Position numbers and translations under genes: made by a program
Source: a virus
Direction: 5' to 3' (one strand)
Length of the DNA stretch: 64,000 nucleotides
Virus record (IMG/VR): IMGVR_UViG_3300036766_000416
Coordinates: 96,001-160,000 of that record
Shown here: piece after piece, positions 18,630 through 27,591 of the stretch
Position numbering within the stretch: the first letter of the stretch is position 1
Layout: each line of letters opens with the position of its first letter
Notes under the pieces: generated by a model
Database searches by the model: none
What the model was told of the DNA's origin: nothing
The model's input: the letters and a program-made list of their open reading frames with translations, nothing else

Positions 18630-19787
18630 ATGATGAAAAGTTGGCAATGTGGTTTCGAAATTGATGAACTGAAAACCTTGGAGGCCTTCTACGAGCCATA
18701 CAATCGCTATGCCCTGTCACCGTTCGGAAAATTTAAGAAGAATGACATCGCCACCAAGCTGGACAACAAGGCCTTCAACCAGGTCAACGACCGAGACGGG
18801 CACGTCGAGGCAGCTTGGGTGCGTGAAAGGTCAAAGGTACCCAGCAAGATCACGATGCACGGCAAAACCATCATTGGTGAGAAACTCAAGGGTGACGTGA
18901 CCCTTTCAAGACTCTGTGGTGACCCAGAGACCTTAGAGACCTCACTGATGCATGAGGGGTACACGATGGACAACTGCTGGCTCCTGTCCTACGGTGGGGA
19001 CACCGCGATCTGCCGGCTCGCTGAACGCCTGGGGTTCAAGAAAATTGGCTACAAGGTCACCTCGTTTGCAGAGATCATGGCGGTCTATTTTCGGGACAGT
19101 GACCTCAGTTTGGCACCCAGGAACCACCCAGTGGTGAACAAGGCTGACTTGGTGGGTATGGCAAAGATTGCGAGCATAGGGTCCACGTTGCCCTTGTTGA
19201 TTCTGCAGAAAATCCAACTCAAAGGTCTCCAATACACCAATCACTACAGCAACTACAACACCAAGAATGCCTGGTCTGCATTGGCCCTTCGAGGTTACTC
19301 AGCGGACGCCGCGTTCATCACGAAGCCCGCTGAGATGAATGACAAGTGGCATGAGGCCCACACACACGAACACTTCGAACTTCAAGATACCCCACTCTAC
19401 GCACAGTTCCCCGAAGTCAGAAAACTACTTACGTTTTTAGACGGGGAGTGCCACCGAGTCAGATTTATGCGTCTCGCCCCTGGTGGGGGAGAACTTACTC
19501 GTCATACAGACCAGGTAGACCCCGACGCTGGCAACTCACTAGGCGCGCTGGCTCGCTTGCACTTCCCTCTCAAAACCAACAAGGACGTCCTATTCAGCAC
19601 ATGGAATGGTGACGACCAAGAGGAACGCTATCACTTTGGATTCGGTGAGTGTTGGGTCATTGATACTCGGAAACCTCATATGGCTGTCAATGGGGGCACA
19701 GAGGAACGGATACACCTCGTGGTTGACGTGATTGTGACACCTAAAATCGAACGCATGATCACCGAAGGACTCTCTATTCGAGCCTAA
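18630..19787 (+). CDS. Two-domain protein: possible GNAT-like N-terminus plus Asp/Asn beta-hydroxylase-like 2OG-Fe(II) oxygenase
   Basis: C-terminal RVRFMRLAPGGGEL..HTD...RLHFPL...H.A.N...RIHLVVD (HxD...H jelly roll); N-terminal AICRLAERLGFKKIG loosely resembles GNAT motif B. Confidence 0.65.
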   Translation: MMKSWQCGFEIDELKTLEAFYEPYNRYALSPFGKFKKNDIATKLDNKAFNQVNDRDGHVEAAWVRERSKVPSKITMHGKTIIGEKLKGDVTLSRLCGDPETLETSLMHEGYTMDNCWLLSYGGDTAICRLAERLGFKKIGYKVTSFAEIMAVYFRDSDLSLAPRNHPVVNKADLVGMAKIASIGSTLPLLILQKIQLKGLQYTNHYSNYNTKNAWSALALRGYSADAAFITKPAEMNDKWHEAHTHEHFELQDTPLYAQFPEVRKLLTFLDGECHRVRFMRLAPGGGELTRHTDQVDPDAGNSLGALARLHFPLKTNKDVLFSTWNGDDQEERYHFGFGECWVIDTRKPHMAVNGGTEERIHLVVDVIVTPKIERMITEGLSIRA

Positions 19788-19805
19788 TCAACCACTTAGC
19801 ACCCC

Positions 19806-19834
19806 TTGACACCTGGACCTGGTTGTGATACCCT
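19806..19834 (+). promoter_or_regulatory. Sigma70-like promoter
   Basis: TTGACA-N17-TACCCT with TGA before the -10; near-identical layout to the 27557 promoter. Confidence 0.6.
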
Positions 19835-19873
19835 TAGTATGACAGTTGAAGAAACACCAGGAGCCTTTATATT

Positions 19874-22800
19874 ATGAGTACCCTCAGCAAACTTACAAAG
19901 ATTGTCAGACACAATTACAAAAAGTCTCTGGCCAGGGAACCCAAGGTTCTTCTCTATGTCTATCAGATGATGGACCACAAACCCCTGAATTCTGCCGACG
20001 GGATATACAGTCTCAAGGTGGGGGACCATTGGTGTATCTTCAGGGACATTTATGCGGCCGCCAAAAGGCGAATTCGAGAGGGGTTGGGGTGCCACAAAGC
20101 TGCCCTGGATGACGGTCGAATCAAGATTCTCGCAGTATTCGATGTGACTGTGTATGCCAAGCACCACAAGAAATATAAAAAACATGGCAAGATCGACCTC
20201 AATGTTCACAAAGTTATTCCAGGTCACTATCGAGATGACAATTTCCATGTCAACGATATTGGTGAAGTTCTAGCTCTCATCACCAAAGAAATCAACCGCT
20301 ATTCGACAGCACAACAGAAGGACACCCTCAAACTCAGCCCTCTCCAACACGATCTGCTCAGAGATTCCATTGTGGCCTACAAGGCAGGGAAACTCCGACA
20401 GTTGTTCGCCGCGGCAGCACGAATCGGAAAAACCTGTATGGCTCTGGCTCTCATGCGGGAACTGAACCTTCCGTTTATGGTGTTCGCCAGCTACGTCACG
20501 ACTTCACTCAATTCGATGATTCAGGATGCCGCAAAGTTCGCGCAATTCCACAACATCCTTGTGGTCGATACGCGAAAAAATGACTACCAACAACTCATTA
20601 GTGAAGGTCTTGCGGCGGGTAAGCAAATCGTGGCGCTCCTGAGTATGTGCAATGGTGATGATCGACAGGAACGCATCGACTTTCTCTTCAAGCTGAACCT
20701 TCTTCAAACGTTGGTGGTCGACGAGGCAGACTATGGGTCACATCAACCGACGCAAACCGAACCACTTCAAGCAGCGGTCTCTGTAAACGAATTGGTGATC
20801 CTGATGTCAGGGACCAATCCAGAACGGTCTATGAGTACCTGGAAAATCGACTTCCAGCGACACATCAGTAATCAAGACATGCAAGTGGCCAGAGGGCTGT
20901 ACCTCAGAGGTGAGTACAAACAGTCACCGAGCAAGATGCTCTTCTTCAAGAAGGACTACAGCATTCTCGGCGCGGTTGTTCCGGCTCGCTACTACCAAAT
21001 GACCCTCAAGAAACTTCAGGACCTCGCCAAACTCCAGCACCCAGAGGCCTTCACGGATGATGAACTGTGGGGTTCGTGGATCAAGTGGATGAAGAACCCA
21101 GCGAAGGCCAGTGGCCCACTGTCCATGTTCTTTGAGTCAGTCTTTGAGGGCAAGTGGAACCTCGAAGAAGTCAACACCAGGTATCAGTTTAGTATCACCC
21201 CAGGTGGACAACAAGTGGTGATGGTCTGGCTGCCTTCCTGCACCGAGACCGAGAAGATGAACTTGTTCGCTGAGATTGCTCAAAAAAGTCTCAAAAACTG
21301 GGACGTGATTCCGCTCTCTGGTGGAGTGACGACCCCCGATGGCACCAGGATGACAGGCGCGAAGGCTGAACGCCATGTGAATGAACGTATTGCCTCAGCC
21401 AAATTCAATGGCAACCGCAACGTCATGATCATCTCAGCGATCATGGGTGCCCGCTCATTCGGGATCAAGGAAATCACTGAGGTCTATCTGTGCTACGATG
21501 AGGGAGCGGTGGGTTCGACGATTCAGAAAATGTCACGAGCCCTCACACCGTTCTTCGACGGGACTGAGAAACTTGCTCGCATTGTCTCGTGCAGCTTCGA
21601 CCCTAACCGTGACGAGAAATTCGACCCACTGGTCCTTGAGTGTGCCAAGCACACCAAGGCTCTGTATGGGATACCCCTGGTCAAGGCCATCAAACTCGTG
21701 CTACGCACGTCAGACTTCTTTGTGATGACCCAGGATGGACCGAAACCCTATGAAATCTCCGCGTACCTTGAGGGTGTGTTGGCCCGCAAGAGTACCGCGC
21801 GGGTGTTCGGGAAAATTTTCAAGCTGGAAAACATTCCCACTGACCTGTTGGAGTCTATCGCCAGGGTCTCTGGAAAAATCGGCAAGACCACGAAACAAGA
21901 AGTTGCTCAACGAGGCAAGACGCTCGCTGAGGTCCTCAAGAAATCACCAGGAACCAAGAATACTCCGGCTCAAGACAAAATCTGGAAAGACATCCACAAC
22001 GGCCTGGTCTACATCGCGTCCAACATCGATTGGATCATGTGCTTCGGTCGCCGTGGGGCCTCATTGGTGGAGTGCCTGGACATTCTCGATAAGGAAACTC
22101 AGAGGACCCGGGATGGCCTCGCTGAGGATTATGGTATCCCCTATGCGGACCTCGCACGATTGCTTCGGTGCGACGTGAGTAGCCATGACCTCCTGGAGTT
22201 GGAGTCCTACGCGGGCACTGGGACCGCTAGCAACCGCACAAAATTTTCTATCGACCCAGTGGTGATGGAGATGTTGGCGATCATTCCTGAGAAGGATTGG
22301 CAGTCGTCTACCAAGACCTTTGCGGACCTGGCGATGGCAGGAGGTCAGTTTATTGTTGGGCTGGTGCGAATGCTGAGAACCTACGGACACTCAGACGAGA
22401 ACATCAGGAGTCGTGTGTTCGGATTCGACACCTGCAAGCACAGAATTCTCGCTGCTAAATACCACTGTCCAGACCTCATCGGAACCTTTGAGGTCAAAAC
22501 AATCGAGGAGTTGATGAAGATGACCCAGAAATTTGACGTGATCGTTGGGAACCCACCGTTTCAACAAAATAGCAAAATCGCAAAAGACAGCGGCACCAAT
22601 AAACTCTGGAATAAATTTACAAAACTCGCTATCGATCTTTCACCGGGGGGATATGTGACATACATCACCCCCCAATCATGGTTGGTGGGAAACAGGACAT
22701 TCGACCTGCTCACCAGTAAGAAATCAATAAGTGTTAATACCGAAATCTCTCATTATTTTCAGGGTGTTAATAGTTCTTTCTGCTCGTGGGTTCTGTCAAA

Positions 22801-23404
22801 CAAAGACAAGGACGACGCAGAAACTGGGAAGATATTTGTGAACGGCAAACCACTTGACAGTTCCCTAGGTTTGATACCCAAAGACAGATCACACAACGGT
22901 CTTTCTTTAGTTGCTAAGTTTTTTTCAAAGAAAGATAAATTTTCATTCGACCGACTTTATAATCATGGATCAACAGCCATTAAAAACGACCCAACACTAC
23001 TAGGCAAAAAAAGTCAACGATACCAACACCCAATTACATTCACCGCCTCAAAACAAGGCATTGCGTGGAGTCGCATACCAAGCCCAGTGCAGGGGAAAAA
23101 GAAAGTGATTATATTTCGTAGCGCCCCTATAAAACCCACGTATTCAACTAATGGTGTTGGTGCTGACGCCTTCTTTAAGTTAGTGACCTCGAAAGAGGAA
23201 GGAAAGAATATGGTTGAAATTTTCAACTCAAAACTCTACTCATACATTTTCAAAACCACACTCTATAGTGGATTTTTCTCTATGTCAGTGTTTAACCACA
23301 TTCCCTATCTCGATTACACCAGGTCCTGGAGTGACGCTGAAATCTATGAGCACTTCAACATCACCAAGAAAGAGCAAGCACACATTGAAGCCTACCTTGC
23401 GTGA
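19874..23404 (+). CDS. Restriction-modification-like fusion: possible GIY-YIG/T5orf172-like N-terminus, SF2 helicase, amino-MTase and specificity domain
   Basis: AARIGKT (Walker A-like), VVDEADYG, MSGT, QKMSR.LTP; FADLAMAGGQF (motif I-like), FDVIVGNPPF, YITPQSW; AT-rich C-terminal region. Confidence 0.75.
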   Translation: MSTLSKLTKIVRHNYKKSLAREPKVLLYVYQMMDHKPLNSADGIYSLKVGDHWCIFRDIYAAAKRRIREGLGCHKAALDDGRIKILAVFDVTVYAKHHKKYKKHGKIDLNVHKVIPGHYRDDNFHVNDIGEVLALITKEINRYSTAQQKDTLKLSPLQHDLLRDSIVAYKAGKLRQLFAAAARIGKTCMALALMRELNLPFMVFASYVTTSLNSMIQDAAKFAQFHNILVVDTRKNDYQQLISEGLAAGKQIVALLSMCNGDDRQERIDFLFKLNLLQTLVVDEADYGSHQPTQTEPLQAAVSVNELVILMSGTNPERSMSTWKIDFQRHISNQDMQVARGLYLRGEYKQSPSKMLFFKKDYSILGAVVPARYYQMTLKKLQDLAKLQHPEAFTDDELWGSWIKWMKNPAKASGPLSMFFESVFEGKWNLEEVNTRYQFSITPGGQQVVMVWLPSCTETEKMNLFAEIAQKSLKNWDVIPLSGGVTTPDGTRMTGAKAERHVNERIASAKFNGNRNVMIISAIMGARSFGIKEITEVYLCYDEGAVGSTIQKMSRALTPFFDGTEKLARIVSCSFDPNRDEKFDPLVLECAKHTKALYGIPLVKAIKLVLRTSDFFVMTQDGPKPYEISAYLEGVLARKSTARVFGKIFKLENIPTDLLESIARVSGKIGKTTKQEVAQRGKTLAEVLKKSPGTKNTPAQDKIWKDIHNGLVYIASNIDWIMCFGRRGASLVECLDILDKETQRTRDGLAEDYGIPYADLARLLRCDVSSHDLLELESYAGTGTASNRTKFSIDPVVMEMLAIIPEKDWQSSTKTFADLAMAGGQFIVGLVRMLRTYGHSDENIRSRVFGFDTCKHRILAAKYHCPDLIGTFEVKTIEELMKMTQKFDVIVGNPPFQQNSKIAKDSGTNKLWNKFTKLAIDLSPGGYVTYITPQSWLVGNRTFDLLTSKKSISVNTEISHYFQGVNSSFCSWVLSNKDKDDAETGKIFVNGKPLDSSLGLIPKDRSHNGLSLVAKFFSKKDKFSFDRLYNHGSTAIKNDPTLLGKKSQRYQHPITFTASKQGIAWSRIPSPVQGKKKVIIFRSAPIKPTYSTNGVGADAFFKLVTSKEEGKNMVEIFNSKLYSYIFKTTLYSGFFSMSVFNHIPYLDYTRSWSDAEIYEHFNITKKEQAHIEAYLA

Positions 23405-23825
23405 AGTGATTGAACACGTTCGCAACAGGTCCTACATGTCAGGGGTCCAACGGGATGCCCTGCGCGTCAAGGCCACTGGTGAAATCTTCACACCGACACC
23501 ACTGGTCCAGGAACTTCTGGACCAACTCCCCACTGAGGTGTTCAGTGAGCCCTCCGAGACCTTCCTAGACCCTTCCTGTGGTGACGGACAGTTTCTCGGC
23601 GAGGTCCTGATCCGCAAAATGGAGCATGGTAGCACGTTCGCTGAGGCCCTCAACACGATCTATGGTGTCGAACTGATGCCCGACAACAGGGCCCTCTGTG
23701 TTGAACGGCTCCTGTGTGGTCACGAAGAATACCGGGACCTCGTGGAGTCGCACATCGTCTGCGCTGATGCCTTGAGCTATGATTACTCGTTCGGTAAACC
23801 TGTGGGTCTGGAGAACCTGTGCTGA
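23385..23825 (+). CDS. DNA amino-methyltransferase, SAM-binding half only
   Basis: RVKATGEIFTP (motif X), FLDPSCGDGQFL (motif I), IYGVEL, IVCADAL; no NPPY/F. Start uncertain (TTG 23385, GTG 23406 or ATG 23436). Confidence 0.75.
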   Translation: MKPTLREVIEHVRNRSYMSGVQRDALRVKATGEIFTPTPLVQELLDQLPTEVFSEPSETFLDPSCGDGQFLGEVLIRKMEHGSTFAEALNTIYGVELMPDNRALCVERLLCGHEEYRDLVESHIVCADALSYDYSFGKPVGLENLC

Positions 23826-24394
23826 TCATTGGGAACCCTCCATTCGGCAAGAGGGCCTCTCTGGCGATAGAGTTTTTCAATCGAGCCACCCGGCTCTCCG
23901 ATGTGATTGCGTTCGTGGTGCCAGTACAGTTCAGGAAGTGGTCGGTTCAGTCCAAACTCAACCCGGAAATGCGACTGGTCCTAGACAAGGATGTTCCTGA
24001 ACACACCTTCGACGGGATACGCTGCTGTTTGCAAATCTGGAAACGGGGAGGGTCGGGTCCCGATCTACGACTGAAAGCGGCACCCACGATCACCCACAAA
24101 GACTTTTTCATGTGGCAGTATAATAATACAGAAAAGGCCAAGCGAGTGTTCGGCATCACGTTCGATTTCGCGGTACCCCGTCAAGGGTACGCAGATTACA
24201 CCAGGCGTGAGACAGACTACAGGGCCTGTGAACTGACAACCCAATGGATACTCTTTCGAGCACCCAATCCAGTGGTCTTGTCGAGACTCAAGCAATTAGA
24301 TTTTGAGGCACTTGCAAAGAAGAATACGACGATCCCTGGGTTCGGCAAAGCAGACGTGGTGAGATTGTATCATGAGGTGTATGGTGACAACTGA
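23819..24394 (+). CDS. DNA amino-methyltransferase, catalytic/target half
   Basis: Begins LIIGNPPFG, then IAFVVP..F; GGAG SD 5 nt before the GTG; lacks motif I. Confidence 0.75.
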   Translation: MLIIGNPPFGKRASLAIEFFNRATRLSDVIAFVVPVQFRKWSVQSKLNPEMRLVLDKDVPEHTFDGIRCCLQIWKRGGSGPDLRLKAAPTITHKDFFMWQYNNTEKAKRVFGITFDFAVPRQGYADYTRRETDYRACELTTQWILFRAPNPVVLSRLKQLDFEALAKKNTTIPGFGKADVVRLYHEVYGDN

Positions 24395-25301
24395 ACGAGA
24401 CATCGATCACGCGCTAGACCTGATTACCCCGGTCCAGTTCGACCAGGGTCTCTATTGGAAACGCGACGACCACTTCCAACCTTTCGGGCCCCTACATGTC
24501 AATGGCGGAAAAGTCCGACAGGCGATCATGGTCTTTCGGTCCAAGCTGGAAGAGCTTCGTGACCCTGAGTGCTACGACAATGGCGTGGTCACCGCCGCCT
24601 CAGTGTACTCCCCACAATCCGCCAACATCGCCAAGGTCGCGCAGCACTATGGGGTGAAGTGTATCTCGACAGTAGGGGGAACCACTGAAGCAGGACTCCG
24701 TAAGCACCATATGATGCGGCTCACGCGGCACTACGGGTCCGAGATTCGTATTGTCGCAGGGCACGGCATGACCGCGGTGATCCACAGCCGGATGCACGAC
24801 ATTGCGAAGCAGCTTCGGTACCTCCCAATCGAAATGGGTGAACTGATGGAGGAGAACCCCACTGCAATCTTTGAGTCAACCGCTCGCCAAGTCCAGAACC
24901 TACCCGATGACCTGGACAACCTCATCGTGCCCACTGGTGTTGCCATCCAGTTGACGGGTATCCTGCGGGGCCTCAGGGAGTTTGACAAAAAAGTTGGACG
25001 GGTCGTGTGTGTCTGTGTGGGACCGACCAGAGAGAAGCAACTGAGCCACTACCTCCGTGACATTTACAAGGAAGAGGTCTCGCGGTACCACAGTGTCGAG
25101 ATGGTTGCCCACAAGGCTCCGTATTCGAAACCCTACGAGGTCAAGGTCAACGGTGAGCATATCGATGACCTCTATGAGGGCAAGGCCTTTGACTGGATGA
25201 CCAAGAACGTGGATTACCGTAACCAGAAAACCTGCTTCTGGGTCGTCGGCAAGAGGCCTAGAGTGACCGATGTTGATACCATCATCCAGGACATGCTATG
25301 A
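24384..25301 (+). CDS. PLP-dependent fold-type II enzyme (ACC deaminase / D-cysteine desulfhydrase-like)
   Basis: WKRDD.F...GGKVRQ (PLP lysine), VTAAS..SPQ, IVPTGVA, LDDLYEGKA-like C-terminal motif (IDDLYEGKAF). Confidence 0.75.
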   Translation: MTTERDIDHALDLITPVQFDQGLYWKRDDHFQPFGPLHVNGGKVRQAIMVFRSKLEELRDPECYDNGVVTAASVYSPQSANIAKVAQHYGVKCISTVGGTTEAGLRKHHMMRLTRHYGSEIRIVAGHGMTAVIHSRMHDIAKQLRYLPIEMGELMEENPTAIFESTARQVQNLPDDLDNLIVPTGVAIQLTGILRGLREFDKKVGRVVCVCVGPTREKQLSHYLRDIYKEEVSRYHSVEMVAHKAPYSKPYEVKVNGEHIDDLYEGKAFDWMTKNVDYRNQKTCFWVVGKRPRVTDVDTIIQDML

Positions 25302-26878
25302 ACTACTTCTATGAACGGGGCACCGAACTACTCGAATCACCCGTCAACAAAACGTTCGACGAACTGTTGGTCATGAGCACCGAGGAATTTCGACAATGGG
25401 TCATCGACCTTCGCAAGACCGTCGTGTACCTCTGGGATACCAAGGGACAGCCGCCACGGGTGGGCTACGACGAAGCAGGGATCATCAAACAGTTTCGGGA
25501 ACTAGAGCCCTTCATCACCGAGACCTTCGAGCAGCTTGACGAGTGCACCGGTGAACGGAACGTGATCCGCAACACCTCGAACCTTGGGAACGCGGTGAAC
25601 CAGTGGTTTCCCACGATGATGAAGGTGCGTATCAACTACACGAAGGACGTCGACGCAGGGAAATCTATCTACGATTTTTTCGCTAAGGACTCTTTGCTCG
25701 ATACGTTCGTGACCTATGCGTCAAGACATTTTCACAGAGACTCGTTCTACAACTTCTCGCTGACCTTGCAGGCCTCTGACACCACACGGTACGGTCAGGT
25801 CCCTGTGGCGACAACGGGTCTGGAGTGGGTCCGACAATTCGAGACTGATGGGTACCGCAACCGTGGACAGTGGGATTACTGGCTCGAAACGATAGCTGCC
25901 ACGAAAACTTATACGGGCTACAACGAAGTTCTCAAAGACCGTCAGTACCTCCAGGTGTCTCAGCAAGAATTGGAGACCCTAGGTGACCTGGTACCCGCCC
26001 GATGCACAACCAACATCAACAGGTCCAAAGGTGACCTCTGTGCCATCAGGGTCTATGAGACCGGGCAGAAGGTGTTTCCAGTAGGCCTCAAGGCATTCCG
26101 TATGAGCTTCTGCCAGTACGCGGTCCAATGGCCTCCATTGACAGCCAAGCATATCATTGAACGGTTTACAAACGAGTGGAAATCTGAACCCACAATATAT
26201 TGTTGGGACCCTAGTGCTGGGTGGGGCGGGCGATTGCTCGGTGCTTTGGCAGTCGAGGATAAGCGTCACATCACCTATCTGGCCAATGACCCCAACAGCG
26301 ATCATACAACAACTCTAGGGCGGACTAAGTATCACGAGGTATACGACTTCTATTGCCAGCACGTTCCTAAAGGTGGAATTTTTGGTGCGGAGCACACTGA
26401 ATTCAAATTTTGGCAACTGGGGTCGGAGCTGATGCACCGTGACCCCGGCTTTTGTGAATATAAAGGAAAAATATCTCTGGTGTTTACCAGCCCACCATAT
26501 TTTTGCAAAGAAGCCTACTCGGAGGACCCCTCACAGTCCTACAAGAAATTCTCGCAGTACGATCAGTGGCGCGATGGGTTTCTCAAGAGGACCTTGGAGA
26601 CTGCTGTTGAGTGGTTGCGACCCGGTGGGTATCTGGCTTGGAATATAGCGAACGCCACATTTAGCGGAGATAGATTGCCCTTAGAAAATGATTCCAATGT
26701 TATCCTAAAATCGCTTGGTATGGAGTACGTGCAGGTGCTGAAAATGTCCCTTGCTCAAACCCCGGGCGGCAATAGACTAGACAAAGTTACAGGACTTCCA
26801 AAAACAGAGCATTCCTGCAAAGTGGGAGGGTTGTGGTTGAAATGGGAACCTATTCTAATATGGCGCAAACCGAAATAA
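25298..26878 (+). CDS. DNA methyltransferase-like protein (N4-C/N6-A, SPPY type)
   Basis: WDPSAGWGGRLLG (motif I), LVFTSPPYF..EAY (motif IV), LRPGGYLAWNIA; ATGA-coupled to the PLP gene. Confidence 0.8.
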   Translation: MNYFYERGTELLESPVNKTFDELLVMSTEEFRQWVIDLRKTVVYLWDTKGQPPRVGYDEAGIIKQFRELEPFITETFEQLDECTGERNVIRNTSNLGNAVNQWFPTMMKVRINYTKDVDAGKSIYDFFAKDSLLDTFVTYASRHFHRDSFYNFSLTLQASDTTRYGQVPVATTGLEWVRQFETDGYRNRGQWDYWLETIAATKTYTGYNEVLKDRQYLQVSQQELETLGDLVPARCTTNINRSKGDLCAIRVYETGQKVFPVGLKAFRMSFCQYAVQWPPLTAKHIIERFTNEWKSEPTIYCWDPSAGWGGRLLGALAVEDKRHITYLANDPNSDHTTTLGRTKYHEVYDFYCQHVPKGGIFGAEHTEFKFWQLGSELMHRDPGFCEYKGKISLVFTSPPYFCKEAYSEDPSQSYKKFSQYDQWRDGFLKRTLETAVEWLRPGGYLAWNIANATFSGDRLPLENDSNVILKSLGMEYVQVLKMSLAQTPGGNRLDKVTGLPKTEHSCKVGGLWLKWEPILIWRKPK

Positions 26879-27464
26879 CTTCAGTACATTTCCATCCTTT
26901 ATGATGCCTCCTTTCCCCGCGAGATGTTGACCACATGTGGCTAACATTCAGCTTATTGGTTCTACAGAACCCCTTCAGGTTTGTTATTTGAAAAGTACTC
27001 CCGGCAGGTGATGTCACCTCCCAGTGTTTATCTCTCTTTCCGCGTATAACTTCAGCAACTTTCCTAACATGTTCTGGGGATTGTGGACCCGTTTTTATTC
27101 CTCTATTCCAGGGAATTCTTCTCTTGAACCTCGCAATAGTCTCTGGCGAGTGTCTGAAACCAAGTTGTCCCTCTCCGCCGTAGGGCATATTATAGCCCTT
27201 GCCAGTAGAGTAGTGTGAATCATAAAGACGAATAAAATAACCCTCCATAATGTTCAACACAAAATCTTTATCAGGTGACTCATACTCAATAGTCCAATCG
27301 AATCCAGACGCACCATATTTCTTGATGGCTTGATGAAACACAACCCCCTGAGCTTTTGACTTTGCTTCCCATAGATGGATATACTTTCGTTTAGGCCAAG
27401 CAGAGTCGTACCCGATATAGACTTTTCCGTTGGTCTTGTTTGTCGCTTTATAAATGACAGGCAT
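26850..27464 (-). CDS. GIY-YIG homing endonuclease (minus strand)
   Basis: VIYKATNKTNGKVYIGYD...RKYIH, AIKKYG, GYNMPYGGEG; NUMOD3-like middle; HHKGWKC end. Confidence 0.85.
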   Translation of the reverse strand: MPVIYKATNKTNGKVYIGYDSAWPKRKYIHLWEAKSKAQGVVFHQAIKKYGASGFDWTIEYESPDKDFVLNIMEGYFIRLYDSHYSTGKGYNMPYGGEGQLGFRHSPETIARFKRRIPWNRGIKTGPQSPEHVRKVAEVIRGKRDKHWEVTSPAGSTFQITNLKGFCRTNKLNVSHMWSTSRGERRHHKGWKCTEVISVCAILE

Positions 27465-27469
27465 AACGT

Positions 27470-27477
27470 TACTTATA
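27470..27477 (-). promoter_or_regulatory. Late-promoter-like TATAAGTA for the minus-strand endonuclease
   Basis: Reverse complement reads TATAAGTA, ending 6 nt before the ATG at 27464. Confidence 0.45.
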
Positions 27478-27556
27478 CGCGATCCACTGTGACAAAAATC
27501 CCACAGTTTTATAATGCTGGTCTAATCTAATTCTAATCTTCCCGCCCGTTTCCTGC

Positions 27557-27585
27557 TTGACACCCACCCCGGTACATGATACGCT
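27557..27585 (+). promoter_or_regulatory. Sigma70-like promoter
   Basis: TTGACA-N17-TACGCT; ATG 7 nt downstream. Confidence 0.6.
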
Positions 27586-27591
27586 TAGTGT

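Noticed and set aside
23795-23825. Programmed -1 frameshift fusing the two MTase halves
   Set aside because: No X XXY YYZ slippery heptamer, and the second ORF has a well-spaced GGAG SD, favouring independent initiation.
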